Positions 9,566-18,449 of a stretch of 64,000 nt of DNA are shown here, piece after piece; position 1 is the stretch's first letter; each line of letters opens with the position of its first letter. The DNA comes from a virus (taxonomy: Duplodnaviria; Caudoviricetes), in IMG/VR virus record IMGVR_UViG_3300042483_000388. One strand, given 5' to 3'. A model generated the notes under the pieces. It saw only the letters and a list, made by a program, of their open reading frames with translations, did not search any database and was not told the DNA's origin. Made by a program: the position numbers and the translations under genes.

Positions 9566-10810
9566 ATGAATACAATATTTATACAAATCGCCTCCTATCG
9601 TGATCCCCAACTTAGTTTAACAATCTCAGATTGCATTAAGAACTCTAAATACCCCAAAAATTTGGTATTTGGTATTTGTAATCAATATCACCCTGACGAT
9701 GAATTTAATATTGATGAATATCAGAATGACAAAAGATTTAGAATTGAAAATGTTTTATATTCAGATTCTAAAGGGGCTTGTTGGGCTCGTAACTTATTAC
9801 AACAAAGATATAGTGGAGAAACTTACACATTACAAATAGATTCTCATATGAGATTTTCTCCCGATTGGGACATTGAGATGATTAAAATGGTTAAACAACT
9901 TCAAAAGAAAGGACATAAAAAACCTTTATTAACGGGTTATGTTTCATCATTTGATCCCGAAAATGATCCACAGGGAAGAGTAAATGAACCATGGAGAATG
10001 TCTTTTGATAGATTTACACCTGAAGGTGTTGTGTTCTTTTTACCTGAGGTTATCCCTGGATGGAAAAAATTAAAAGAACCTATCCCTTCCAGATTCTATT
10101 CCGCACATTTTTGTTTTACATTGGGGCAATTTGTCAATGAAGTCCAACACGACAAAGATTATTATTTTCACGGAGAAGAAATTTCTATTGGCGTAAGATC
10201 CTTCACATATGGGTATGATTTATTTCATCCTCACAAAGTTTTAATTTGGCACGAATATACTCGAAAAAACAGAACAAAAAGTTGGGATGACGATAAAGAT
10301 TGGCATAAGAAAAACACAGCTTGTCATATAAAGAACAGACAACTTCTTGGTGTTGATGGAGAAGTTTATGATGGAGACTACTCACAATACTTTGGTAATG
10401 AAAGAACCATTAGAGATTACGAAAGATATTCCGGAATTTTATTTTCTAAAAGAGCTGTTCAACAAGATACTTTAGATAAGAAATACCCACCCAACGATTA
10501 CCCATATTCGTCCGAAACAGAATGGATTAATTCTTTTGCCACAATATTTAAACATTGTATAGACATAAATTTAAATAGTGTTCCAGAAACAGATTATGAT
10601 TTTTGGGTTGTTGCCTTCCATAACGCAAAAGATGAAACAATATATAGACAAGATGCTGACGCAAACGAAATTTTAAGAATAAAAAATGATCCCGATGGAT
10701 ATGGAAAAATATGGAGAGAGTTTAATGCAACCGAAATACCAAAATATTGGGTGGTATGGCCACACTCCATATCTAAAGACTGGTGTGAAAGAATAGTAGG
10801 TAATTTATGA
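9566..10810 (+). CDS. GT60-like GlcNAc transferase (Skp1-hydroxyproline GlcNAc-transferase family)
   Basis: IFIQIASYRD, GACWARN, LQIDSHMRF (DxH metal motif), FHGEEISIGVRSFTYGYD and WHEY match the family signature as I recall it. Confidence 0.8.
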   Translation: MNTIFIQIASYRDPQLSLTISDCIKNSKYPKNLVFGICNQYHPDDEFNIDEYQNDKRFRIENVLYSDSKGACWARNLLQQRYSGETYTLQIDSHMRFSPDWDIEMIKMVKQLQKKGHKKPLLTGYVSSFDPENDPQGRVNEPWRMSFDRFTPEGVVFFLPEVIPGWKKLKEPIPSRFYSAHFCFTLGQFVNEVQHDKDYYFHGEEISIGVRSFTYGYDLFHPHKVLIWHEYTRKNRTKSWDDDKDWHKKNTACHIKNRQLLGVDGEVYDGDYSQYFGNERTIRDYERYSGILFSKRAVQQDTLDKKYPPNDYPYSSETEWINSFATIFKHCIDINLNSVPETDYDFWVVAFHNAKDETIYRQDADANEILRIKNDPDGYGKIWREFNATEIPKYWVVWPHSISKDWCERIVGNL

Positions 10811-12474
10811 TAACATTAGTAACGGGTTTATGGGACATAGGTAGAGGTGACCTTAGTGAAGGTTGGTCAAGATCGTACCAACATTATCTTAATAAGTTTG
10901 AGGACTTACTTAAGGTAGAGAACAATTTAATCATCTTTGGTGATGAGGAATTAGAAAAGTTTGTTAAAGAGAGACGACAAGACCACAACACCCAATTTAT
11001 TGTTAGAGACTTAACTTGGTTTAAAAATAATGAATTTTATAATCAAATACAATCAATAAGGACAAACCCAAAATGGTATAATCTTGCGGGGTGGTTAACG
11101 GACTCAACTCAAGCAAAATTGGAAATGTATAATCCATTGGTTATGTCAAAAATGTTTATCCTTCACGACGCTTTGCTCTTGGATAAGTTTGTCTCAGAAA
11201 AACTATATTGGATTGATGCTGGATTATCAAATACTGTTAATTTAGGTTATTTCACAAAAGACAATGTATTACCAAATATCGATAATCTTTTTGATAAGTT
11301 CACGTTTATTTGTTTTCCATATCAAGCCAACACAGAGATACACGGATTTGATATTAAACAAATGGATAAATACACTAGAGATAGAGTTGATAAAGTTTGT
11401 CGTGGAGGTTTCTTTGGTGGACCAATTGAGGACATAAGACAAATGAATACCTTGTATTATAATTTAATTAAAGATACATTATCAAAAGGTTTAATGGGAA
11501 CAGAAGAAAGTTTATTCTCAATTCTATTATATAACAACCCAACCTTAATTGATTATGTTGAAATAAATGGTGACGGATTATTGTATAAGTTTTTTGAAGA
11601 TGTTAAAAACAATGATGTAAAAATCAAAACAATTTCAAGACCGAACGAAGTTATTAAGAAAACAAATGGTGGTGTTGGTTTATATGTTATAACATTTAAC
11701 AGCCCAAAACAATTTGAAACCTTAATTAAAAGTATGTTAGATTATGATCCGGACTTTATTAATAAGACAAAGAAGTTTTTATTGGATAACTCCACAGACC
11801 TATCAACAACTCCGAGATATAAAGAATTGTGTGAAGAGTATAACTTTGAACATATTAAGAAAGATAATATAGGTATTACTGGTGGTAGAGTGTTTGTTGC
11901 CGAACATTTTGATGAAACTGATTTGGACTTTTATTTTTTCTACGAAGACGACATGCTATTTTATTCAAAACCAAACTCAAAATGTAAGAACGGATTTAGC
12001 AGAAATTGTGATAAATTATATGACAAAGCTCTTCATATTATGAAGAAAGAGGAATTAGATTTTCTCAAGTTAAACTTTACGGAATTTTTTGGTTCGCACG
12101 AAAAACAGTGGTCGTGGTATAACGTGAGCAATGAATTTAGAAAAGAACATTGGCCGTTTAATCAAAACTTGCCGGTGCAAGGTCAAGACCCAAACTCACC
12201 AAATTTAGAATTTAAAAACATTAAATCACATAATGGGTTATCATATGCGACTGGTGAAATCTTTTTAAGCAATTGGCCGATCGTGTTAAATAGAGACGGC
12301 AATTACAAATGTTATTTAGAAACAAAATTTGCCCATCCTCACGAACAAACGGTGATGAGTCAATGTTATCAAGAAACCGTTAAGGGTAGAGTTAAGTCGG
12401 CAGTTTTATTACTTACACCAACAGAACACAACCGTTTCGATTTTTATGAGGCACATTTGAGAAAAGAATGTTAA
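10807..12474 (+). CDS. HtrL/YibB(WlaTC)-family glycosyltransferase fused to a GT2-like domain
   Basis: N-terminal ITLVTGLWDIGR, YNPLVMSKMF, YWIDAG, GGFFGG and GTEESLF. C-terminal LYVITFNSP, LLDNSTD and FYEDDM. ATGA overlap with the upstream gene. Confidence 0.7.
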   Translation: MITLVTGLWDIGRGDLSEGWSRSYQHYLNKFEDLLKVENNLIIFGDEELEKFVKERRQDHNTQFIVRDLTWFKNNEFYNQIQSIRTNPKWYNLAGWLTDSTQAKLEMYNPLVMSKMFILHDALLLDKFVSEKLYWIDAGLSNTVNLGYFTKDNVLPNIDNLFDKFTFICFPYQANTEIHGFDIKQMDKYTRDRVDKVCRGGFFGGPIEDIRQMNTLYYNLIKDTLSKGLMGTEESLFSILLYNNPTLIDYVEINGDGLLYKFFEDVKNNDVKIKTISRPNEVIKKTNGGVGLYVITFNSPKQFETLIKSMLDYDPDFINKTKKFLLDNSTDLSTTPRYKELCEEYNFEHIKKDNIGITGGRVFVAEHFDETDLDFYFFYEDDMLFYSKPNSKCKNGFSRNCDKLYDKALHIMKKEELDFLKLNFTEFFGSHEKQWSWYNVSNEFRKEHWPFNQNLPVQGQDPNSPNLEFKNIKSHNGLSYATGEIFLSNWPIVLNRDGNYKCYLETKFAHPHEQTVMSQCYQETVKGRVKSAVLLLTPTEHNRFDFYEAHLRKEC

Positions 12475-12502
12475 ACCCCAGTATTTATTGTTAAACTAAT
12501 TG

Positions 12503-13555
12503 ATGGAATGGTTTATTAAGAAAGGAGCGACGCTTCCTACATTAAAATTAAATATATTTAAAGACGGTAGAAGCGATTATAATAGATCTATGAAAGATCT
12601 AAATCAAGATGATATATTCTTTTCTATGGTTAATACCGAAACAGATATCCCAAGAATAACATCAAGACCGGCAGGTGTTATGGAAAAACCAAACATTGAC
12701 CCAACTTTAGAACCGGATTACTACGTTTACTATCAGTTCACACCTTTTGATACCAAAGTTGTTGGCAGATATAAAGCACAATTTTTAATTAGAAACCAAA
12801 CTGGTGTTTTGGTTTTACCATTAAATGATGAACTATATATAAATGTTACGGATAGTTTCATTATTGACGACTTACCATATGTTAGTTGTTATGTGGTTGA
12901 CTTTCCTTGTTGTGTTGGTTCAGGAGGTGTTAATCCAGGACCAGGTCCAGGTCCTTTCCCAACAACAACGACCACAACAATAATACCATATACAACCACT
13001 TCAACAACAAGTATACCATATACAACCACTTCAACAACTTTAGGTCCTGAACCAACAGCATATACAGAATGGGTTATATCGTTTGGGACACCATCTTCAA
13101 CAAATGCGTGCTCTGAGTCGGGCGAATATGTTACCGCATACACACCTGTAATGTCTGCATTAACAATAGGTCAAACCCTTTGGGCGACACCAGAATTCAA
13201 TACATACGCTTTTGGGACTAATGGTTCTTGGTTTAAAATTCTAAAAAGAAATGGATTGTCTTATTCACCAAATACTGTTATATATGTTGGTCAATATAGT
13301 TTACTATTCGGTAATTACACTCAAGTAATTTATTCACATGAGTGTGGAACTTCATTTCCTTGTAAATGTTTTACATATACTAAAACACAAAATAATCTGT
13401 TTAATTCGTTATATGTTAATTGCAATGGTAATATTGTAGGTATAACTTTACCTTTTAATGGATCTCAAACTTTCTGTGCGGCCTTTACACAACCGTATGA
13501 TTATATATCTGTAACGGGCGGAAATAACAACTGTGTTGGTGGTATTTGTCCTTAA
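12503..13555 (+). CDS. Putative BppU-like (baseplate upper/adaptor) structural protein with Thr-rich linker and Cys-rich C-terminal domain
   Basis: The N-terminal ~135 aa are paralogous to 13594..14025 (FIxxxATLPxLKL; IFFSMVNxETxIPxI; YYVYYxFT; VGRYxxQF). They are followed by PGPGPGP and TTTTT/PYTTTSTT repeats. The BppU assignment is from fold-level resemblance only. Confidence 0.5.
   Translation: MEWFIKKGATLPTLKLNIFKDGRSDYNRSMKDLNQDDIFFSMVNTETDIPRITSRPAGVMEKPNIDPTLEPDYYVYYQFTPFDTKVVGRYKAQFLIRNQTGVLVLPLNDELYINVTDSFIIDDLPYVSCYVVDFPCCVGSGGVNPGPGPGPFPTTTTTTIIPYTTTSTTSIPYTTTSTTLGPEPTAYTEWVISFGTPSSTNACSESGEYVTAYTPVMSALTIGQTLWATPEFNTYAFGTNGSWFKILKRNGLSYSPNTVIYVGQYSLLFGNYTQVIYSHECGTSFPCKCFTYTKTQNNLFNSLYVNCNGNIVGITLPFNGSQTFCAAFTQPYDYISVTGGNNNCVGGICP
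12983..13038 (+). repeat. 26-bp direct repeat with 30-nt period, coding IPYTTTSTT x2
   Basis: ATACCATATACAACCACTTCAACAAC at 12983-13008 and 13013-13038. Confidence 0.9.
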
Positions 13556-13593
13556 CTAAAATCACAACTAAAGTATTTATAAATAAAGTATTG

Positions 13594-14025
13594 ATGGAAT
13601 TTTTCATAGGACAAAACGCAACTCTCCCCCTTTTAAAGTTACAGGTCGTTAAAGATGGTAACAACGACTATGACGATATGATGCAGTTTATTGAGAGATC
13701 TACAATATTTTTCTCAATGGTTAACATAGAAACAGGAATACCAAAGATAATGACTAAATCGGCCGGATTTGTCGAAAAACTTGATATGAACCCAAATGCA
13801 AGTCCAGAATATTATGTTTATTATAGATTTACAAAAAATGATACAAGTAAGGTGGGAAGATATGAAGGTCAGTTTTTATTTAGAAATGACACAGGAACAT
13901 TGGTATTACCGATTAGAGAACAATTATTTATTAATATAAGTGAAAGTTATTTGTCAGACGATATAGAACATAATAATTGTTATACCTTAGAGTTCCCTTG
14001 TTGTATTCCACCCCCAATTCTATAA
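13594..14025 (+). CDS. Putative BppU-like structural protein, paralog of 12503..13555
   Basis: Clear similarity to the upstream ORF, including the ending C(Y)xxxFPCC. Start placed at ATG 13594, downstream of the TATTTAT motif. Confidence 0.55.
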   Translation: MEFFIGQNATLPLLKLQVVKDGNNDYDDMMQFIERSTIFFSMVNIETGIPKIMTKSAGFVEKLDMNPNASPEYYVYYRFTKNDTSKVGRYEGQFLFRNDTGTLVLPIREQLFINISESYLSDDIEHNNCYTLEFPCCIPPPIL

Positions 14026-14049
14026 CCTACTATTTCCATATTTAATTGA

Positions 14050-14081
14050 TTGATATATTCAAATTCCTTGACTATATTTAT
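14050..14081 (+). promoter_or_regulatory. Candidate promoter for DNA polymerase: TTGATA-N17-TATATT (equally TTG-N20-TATATTTA), overlapping a TATTTAT motif
   Basis: TTGATA at 14050-14055, TATATT at 14073-14078, TATTTAT at 14075-14081; ATG at 14135. Confidence 0.55.
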
Positions 14082-14094
14082 TAATGAAGGTGAA

Positions 14095-14111
14095 TGTCGT
14101 TATACACGACA
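14095..14111 (+). promoter_or_regulatory. Small stem-loop in the polymerase 5' leader (TGTCGT-TATAC-ACGACA)
   Basis: Perfect 6-bp inverted repeat with a 5-nt loop, 23 nt before the ATG and with no U-tract. Confidence 0.4.
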
Positions 14112-14134
14112 GCCAATGAACCACACTAATTATT

Positions 14135-16921
14135 ATGATATCACAAGAAGAAATTAAGAGTTTCCTTGAGGGCAATGACCCAGAGGAACATATCGTAGCG
14201 ATAGAATACGATTACCAATCAGACCACATTTTTAAAATAAAAGAAGTTCCCGGTAAAGGAAAATCAATTAACAGAGACACATTTATTGCCTTTGCTTGGG
14301 TTGGTGACCTACACGGACTTAATTTTTATTCTGGGTCCAAAGAACAACAGAAAGAAGCAATGTCCAAATACGGTATCATAATTGATAAATTAAGAACCGA
14401 TGGTAATGAACGATTGGAGAATGGTTTAACATTTCTTGTTAAGTCTCTAAAAGGATATAGAACCCTTATTCAGTTCTTCCGTGATGGAGGAATTGACCCA
14501 TGGGGTGAAAGCGCTAAAGATAGAATAATGTTATTGTCACCTGTAGAACAATACTTGGTCTCAAAGGAAAAACGATTGTTTAAAGGATTTGATGAATATA
14601 ATGACATTACTAGACTTGTATTTGACCTTGAGACTACCGCCTTAGAACCAAAGGACGGTCGTATCTTTATGATTGGGATCAAAACAAACAAGGGGTTTAT
14701 GAAAGTAATTGAATGTAAAGATCCCGATGAAGAAAGAAGAGGTCTTGTTGAGTTCTTTAGAACCATAGATGAGATTAAACCGTCAATTATTTCAGGATAC
14801 AACTCAGCAAACTTTGACTGGTTTTGGATATTTGAGAGATGTAAGGCGCTTAATTTGGATATTAAGAAGATTGCCACACCAATGATACCAAAGAAAACAA
14901 TCTCACAAAGGGAATCTATGTTAAAGTTGGCAAACGAAGTTGAGATGTTTAACCAAGTTAAAATGTGGGGTTACAACGTAATTGATATTATTCACTCCGT
15001 TCGTAGAGCTCAAGCAATTAACTCAAACATTAAAGAGGCAGGTCTAAAGTATATTACAAAATTTATTGAAGCCGAATCTGCCGATCGTATATATATTGAC
15101 CACACTAAAATTGGGTCGATGTATGCCGAAAAAGAGGATTATTGGTTAAATACTCAAAATGGTAACTATAAGAAAGTTGGGTTAGATTCAAAAATTGATG
15201 AGGTATGCGTAAGAAGAGGAGACATTTACATTAAAACAACTGGTGATAATATCGTTGAGCAATATCTTGAGGATGACCTTGACGAAACTCTATTGGTGGA
15301 TGACGAATTCAACCAAGCAACATTCCTATTAGCATCATTAGTTCCAACAACATATGAAAGAGCATCAACAATTGGAACAGCCACTCTTTGGAAAATGGTA
15401 ATGTTGGCTTGGTCATATAAGCATGGGTTAGCGATACCACAGAAAAAAGAAAAAAGAAACTTTGTTGGTGGATTATCTAGATTATTAAAAGTAGGGTATT
15501 CTAAGAACGTATTAAAGCTCGATTACTCCTCACTATACCCTTCTATTCAGTTAGTTCACGACGTGTTCCCTGAGTGTGATATAACGGGGTCAATGAAGGG
15601 GTTTTTAACTTACTTCCGGAATTCTCGTATTATGTATAAGAATTTATCTGCAGAATATAAGACAATTGATAAGAAGAAATCAACATCGTATGATCGTAAA
15701 CAATTGCCAATTAAGATTTTTATTAACGCATTCTTCGGATCATTATCGGCACCACATGTATTTCCTTGGGGTGACATTGATAAGGGAGAACAAATAACCT
15801 GCACGGGTAGACAATACTTAAGACAAATGTTAAAGTTCTTTAGTAAAAAGGGGTATAGTCCTCTAGTATGTGACACGGATGGTATGAACTTCTCATTACC
15901 TGATGGGGGTGTTGATGATAGAACATATGTTGGGAAAGGGTTAAATTGGTTAGTTAAAGAAGGTAAAGAATATAGTGGTTATGATGCCGATGTTGCCGAG
16001 TTTAATGATTTATTTATGAAAGGTGAGATGGGTCTTGATTGTGATGGAACTTGGGATTCTTGTATTAACTTGGCTCGTAAGAACTATGCAACGATGGAAC
16101 ACAATGGTAAAGTTAAATTAACGGGTAATAGTATTAAGTCCAAAAAAATGCCAAAATACATTGAGAAGTTTTTGGATAAGGGAGTTAAACAATTACTTAG
16201 AGGTGAGGGAAAAGAATTTATTGATTGGTATTATGAATACATCCAAAAGATATTTGACCTAAGAGTTCCGTTGGCAGAGATTGCATCAAAAGCAAGAGTT
16301 AAAATAAGTGTTGAGGATTACATTAAACGCAGTAAACAAACAACAAAGTCGGGAAGTTTAATGTCAAGACAGGCTCATATGGAACTTATCATTAGAGATG
16401 GGATACAATCTAATCTTGGTGATGTAATCTTATATGTGAACAATGGAAATAAGGCGTCTCATGGTGATGTTCAGAAAATAAATGAAAAAATGCCAAAAAA
16501 AGAAGTGGATTTATTTTTTGAGGAACATGGTAGTAAACCTATTTTGGGGTCTCACATCCAATTAAATTGTTATCGTATTGAACCTTCTGATTTAGAAAAC
16601 AATCCTGAAATGTTAGGTGAATACAACATCCAACGAGCAATTGCAACATTCAATAAACGAGTGGAACCATTGTTAATCGTATTTGATGATGAGGTTAGAG
16701 ATACATTATTGGTTAAAAATCCAGAGGATAGAAGTTTTTATACTTCAGGTCAATGTAAATTAATTAATGGTAAACCATTCAGTCCTGAAGATCAAGATGA
16801 TATTTATGAAAACTTAATCAAAATGGAACAAGGTGAGATTGATTTTTGGGATTCTGTGGGTGTTGATCCTAATTATATTTATGAATTAGCTGAAACAGGG
16901 TGGGAAGAACATATTAACTGA
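14135..16921 (+). CDS. polB: Family B DNA polymerase
   Basis: Exo I FDLETT, Exo II GYNSANFD, Exo III YLEDD; polymerase motifs DYSSLYPS, KIFINAFFG and CDTDG. Confidence 0.95.
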   Translation: MISQEEIKSFLEGNDPEEHIVAIEYDYQSDHIFKIKEVPGKGKSINRDTFIAFAWVGDLHGLNFYSGSKEQQKEAMSKYGIIIDKLRTDGNERLENGLTFLVKSLKGYRTLIQFFRDGGIDPWGESAKDRIMLLSPVEQYLVSKEKRLFKGFDEYNDITRLVFDLETTALEPKDGRIFMIGIKTNKGFMKVIECKDPDEERRGLVEFFRTIDEIKPSIISGYNSANFDWFWIFERCKALNLDIKKIATPMIPKKTISQRESMLKLANEVEMFNQVKMWGYNVIDIIHSVRRAQAINSNIKEAGLKYITKFIEAESADRIYIDHTKIGSMYAEKEDYWLNTQNGNYKKVGLDSKIDEVCVRRGDIYIKTTGDNIVEQYLEDDLDETLLVDDEFNQATFLLASLVPTTYERASTIGTATLWKMVMLAWSYKHGLAIPQKKEKRNFVGGLSRLLKVGYSKNVLKLDYSSLYPSIQLVHDVFPECDITGSMKGFLTYFRNSRIMYKNLSAEYKTIDKKKSTSYDRKQLPIKIFINAFFGSLSAPHVFPWGDIDKGEQITCTGRQYLRQMLKFFSKKGYSPLVCDTDGMNFSLPDGGVDDRTYVGKGLNWLVKEGKEYSGYDADVAEFNDLFMKGEMGLDCDGTWDSCINLARKNYATMEHNGKVKLTGNSIKSKKMPKYIEKFLDKGVKQLLRGEGKEFIDWYYEYIQKIFDLRVPLAEIASKARVKISVEDYIKRSKQTTKSGSLMSRQAHMELIIRDGIQSNLGDVILYVNNGNKASHGDVQKINEKMPKKEVDLFFEEHGSKPILGSHIQLNCYRIEPSDLENNPEMLGEYNIQRAIATFNKRVEPLLIVFDDEVRDTLLVKNPEDRSFYTSGQCKLINGKPFSPEDQDDIYENLIKMEQGEIDFWDSVGVDPNYIYELAETGWEEHIN

Positions 16922-16924
16922 GTT

Positions 16925-17272
16925 TTACCCAACCTTCATACCATCACTTGATAGTATCATCCAAATTCCCTGAACGTGTTGTAATTCAACACAAGCACCC
17001 CTATCTATAGCAATTTCATCCCAATCTTCGTCAATACGATTTAAGTCTGGAATAATAATACAATTTGTTAAAGTTTTAATTTTAATTTTATCTGTTGTTG
17101 TGGAATCTAATTTTATTTTACAAGTATTAACATCTCTAACAATAATTAGAGTTTCTCCACGAGTAGAATAAAAATCATCACTAACAACTATGGTTTCAAA
17201 AGTATCTAACACTAAAGACCTGTCTCCTCTAAATACGGTTTTTCTAATTGGTTTTTCTCTAACTATTGGCAT
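16925..17272 (-). CDS. Hypothetical protein (115 aa)
   Basis: ORF starts 4 nt after the stop of the neck gene on the same strand; beta-rich composition. Confidence 0.65.
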   Translation of the reverse strand: MPIVREKPIRKTVFRGDRSLVLDTFETIVVSDDFYSTRGETLIIVRDVNTCKIKLDSTTTDKIKIKTLTNCIIIPDLNRIDEDWDEIAIDRGACVELQHVQGIWMILSSDGMKVG

Positions 17273-17276
17273 AAAA

Positions 17277-18407
17277 TTAAATTACATATATCTGTCTTGG
17301 CATTGCCCTAAATTTCAGTTGTTTGTTTAGGTTTTCGGCAAGTAAGGCCTCTCTTTCCATAACCTTTTCTGGTTTAAGTCTTGTTAATCTTCCTTCAGGT
17401 CCAATAAGTTCGTCAATTAATTTTGTCTTTTCGTCTTTAGCTTCAGTTGCAAGTGCCGCATAATCCATAGTTAAATCACCACCATCGGCAGTTTTTAAGT
17501 TTCCACTAAACTTACCACGAACTCTTGATAATGTTTCTTTACAATAGGCAATAAACCACCTTCTTATCCAAACCTGAGCCGGATTATTTAACTTATACCA
17601 ACTTAATTTATCAAATGGAACGTCAGATGGTAATTTAATAATGTCGGGGTTATCAGCCAAACATTTGTCCCTATCTCCCTGACCTAAGTCATAATACCAA
17701 TACCAAACTCTACCTTTCATTAATTCCGCACTACCAAAATCAAATCTACCACCCGGTGTATTTAAAAGATGTAATGCCTTTTTACCTTCAGGTAAAGCGG
17801 TAATGTAATATGTTAAATCGCCTCGTAAAACTCTTTTTTGTATGTTAATCTCTTGCATTCTTAACAACATATCAAACACAGGTGTTAAGAAATAATTTAC
17901 TCCTGAATTACCCATTTGAGCAAGTCCACCACCACCACCAAGACCAGTTCCTTCACCGACACCACCAAAACCACCAACCCCAAAGATTGCATTATCTAAG
18001 GTTGATTGGGTAAACCATAACACTTCGTTAATTTCACGACCTGCGGGTATTTCATATATTTGTTGATTTTTAACCAACTGCACATAATCTTTTTTAATTA
18101 CCCAATCACCACCAGCTTGTAAACCAACAATTTTTGAGTATGCGTAAGTATATCTGTCTTCATAATTTAGACTTTTAGTTAAGAACGCTCTTGAGAGAGA
18201 TTGTGTATCCAAATTAAGGTTATCTAACGCTGTCCATTGAGCTTCAATTAACCAATCCTGAACATATTGTGAGTAGTCGTCTATTGAGAATTCCAATAAT
18301 GTGTCCATCATTTCATCTTCTAATTCAACGGATCTTAAAGGGGCACCCAATAAGTGTCTAATCTTTTGATAAAGTTTACTTCTTTCCGGTTCGTTTATAA
18401 TTGACAT
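17277..18407 (-). CDS. Neck / head-completion protein (T4 gp13-like)
   Basis: N-terminal LYQKIRHLLGAPLRSVELEDEMMD resembles the gp13 LGAP..VE motif; C-terminal W..R..IAYCKE.L..VRGKF..; structural context. Confidence 0.7.
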   Translation of the reverse strand: MSIINEPERSKLYQKIRHLLGAPLRSVELEDEMMDTLLEFSIDDYSQYVQDWLIEAQWTALDNLNLDTQSLSRAFLTKSLNYEDRYTYAYSKIVGLQAGGDWVIKKDYVQLVKNQQIYEIPAGREINEVLWFTQSTLDNAIFGVGGFGGVGEGTGLGGGGGLAQMGNSGVNYFLTPVFDMLLRMQEINIQKRVLRGDLTYYITALPEGKKALHLLNTPGGRFDFGSAELMKGRVWYWYYDLGQGDRDKCLADNPDIIKLPSDVPFDKLSWYKLNNPAQVWIRRWFIAYCKETLSRVRGKFSGNLKTADGGDLTMDYAALATEAKDEKTKLIDELIGPEGRLTRLKPEKVMEREALLAENLNKQLKFRAMPRQIYVI

Positions 18408-18449
18408 AAGACTTTTTTAATATAAATATCTTTATAATTAATTTCTTAA

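Noticed and set aside
1-16921. Giant eukaryotic virus (NCLDV) origin suggested by collagen-like repeats, GT60 and PolB
   Set aside because: The same contig encodes sheath, tube, baseplate wedges, gp32-like SSB and gp41-like helicase, which marks a tailed bacteriophage.
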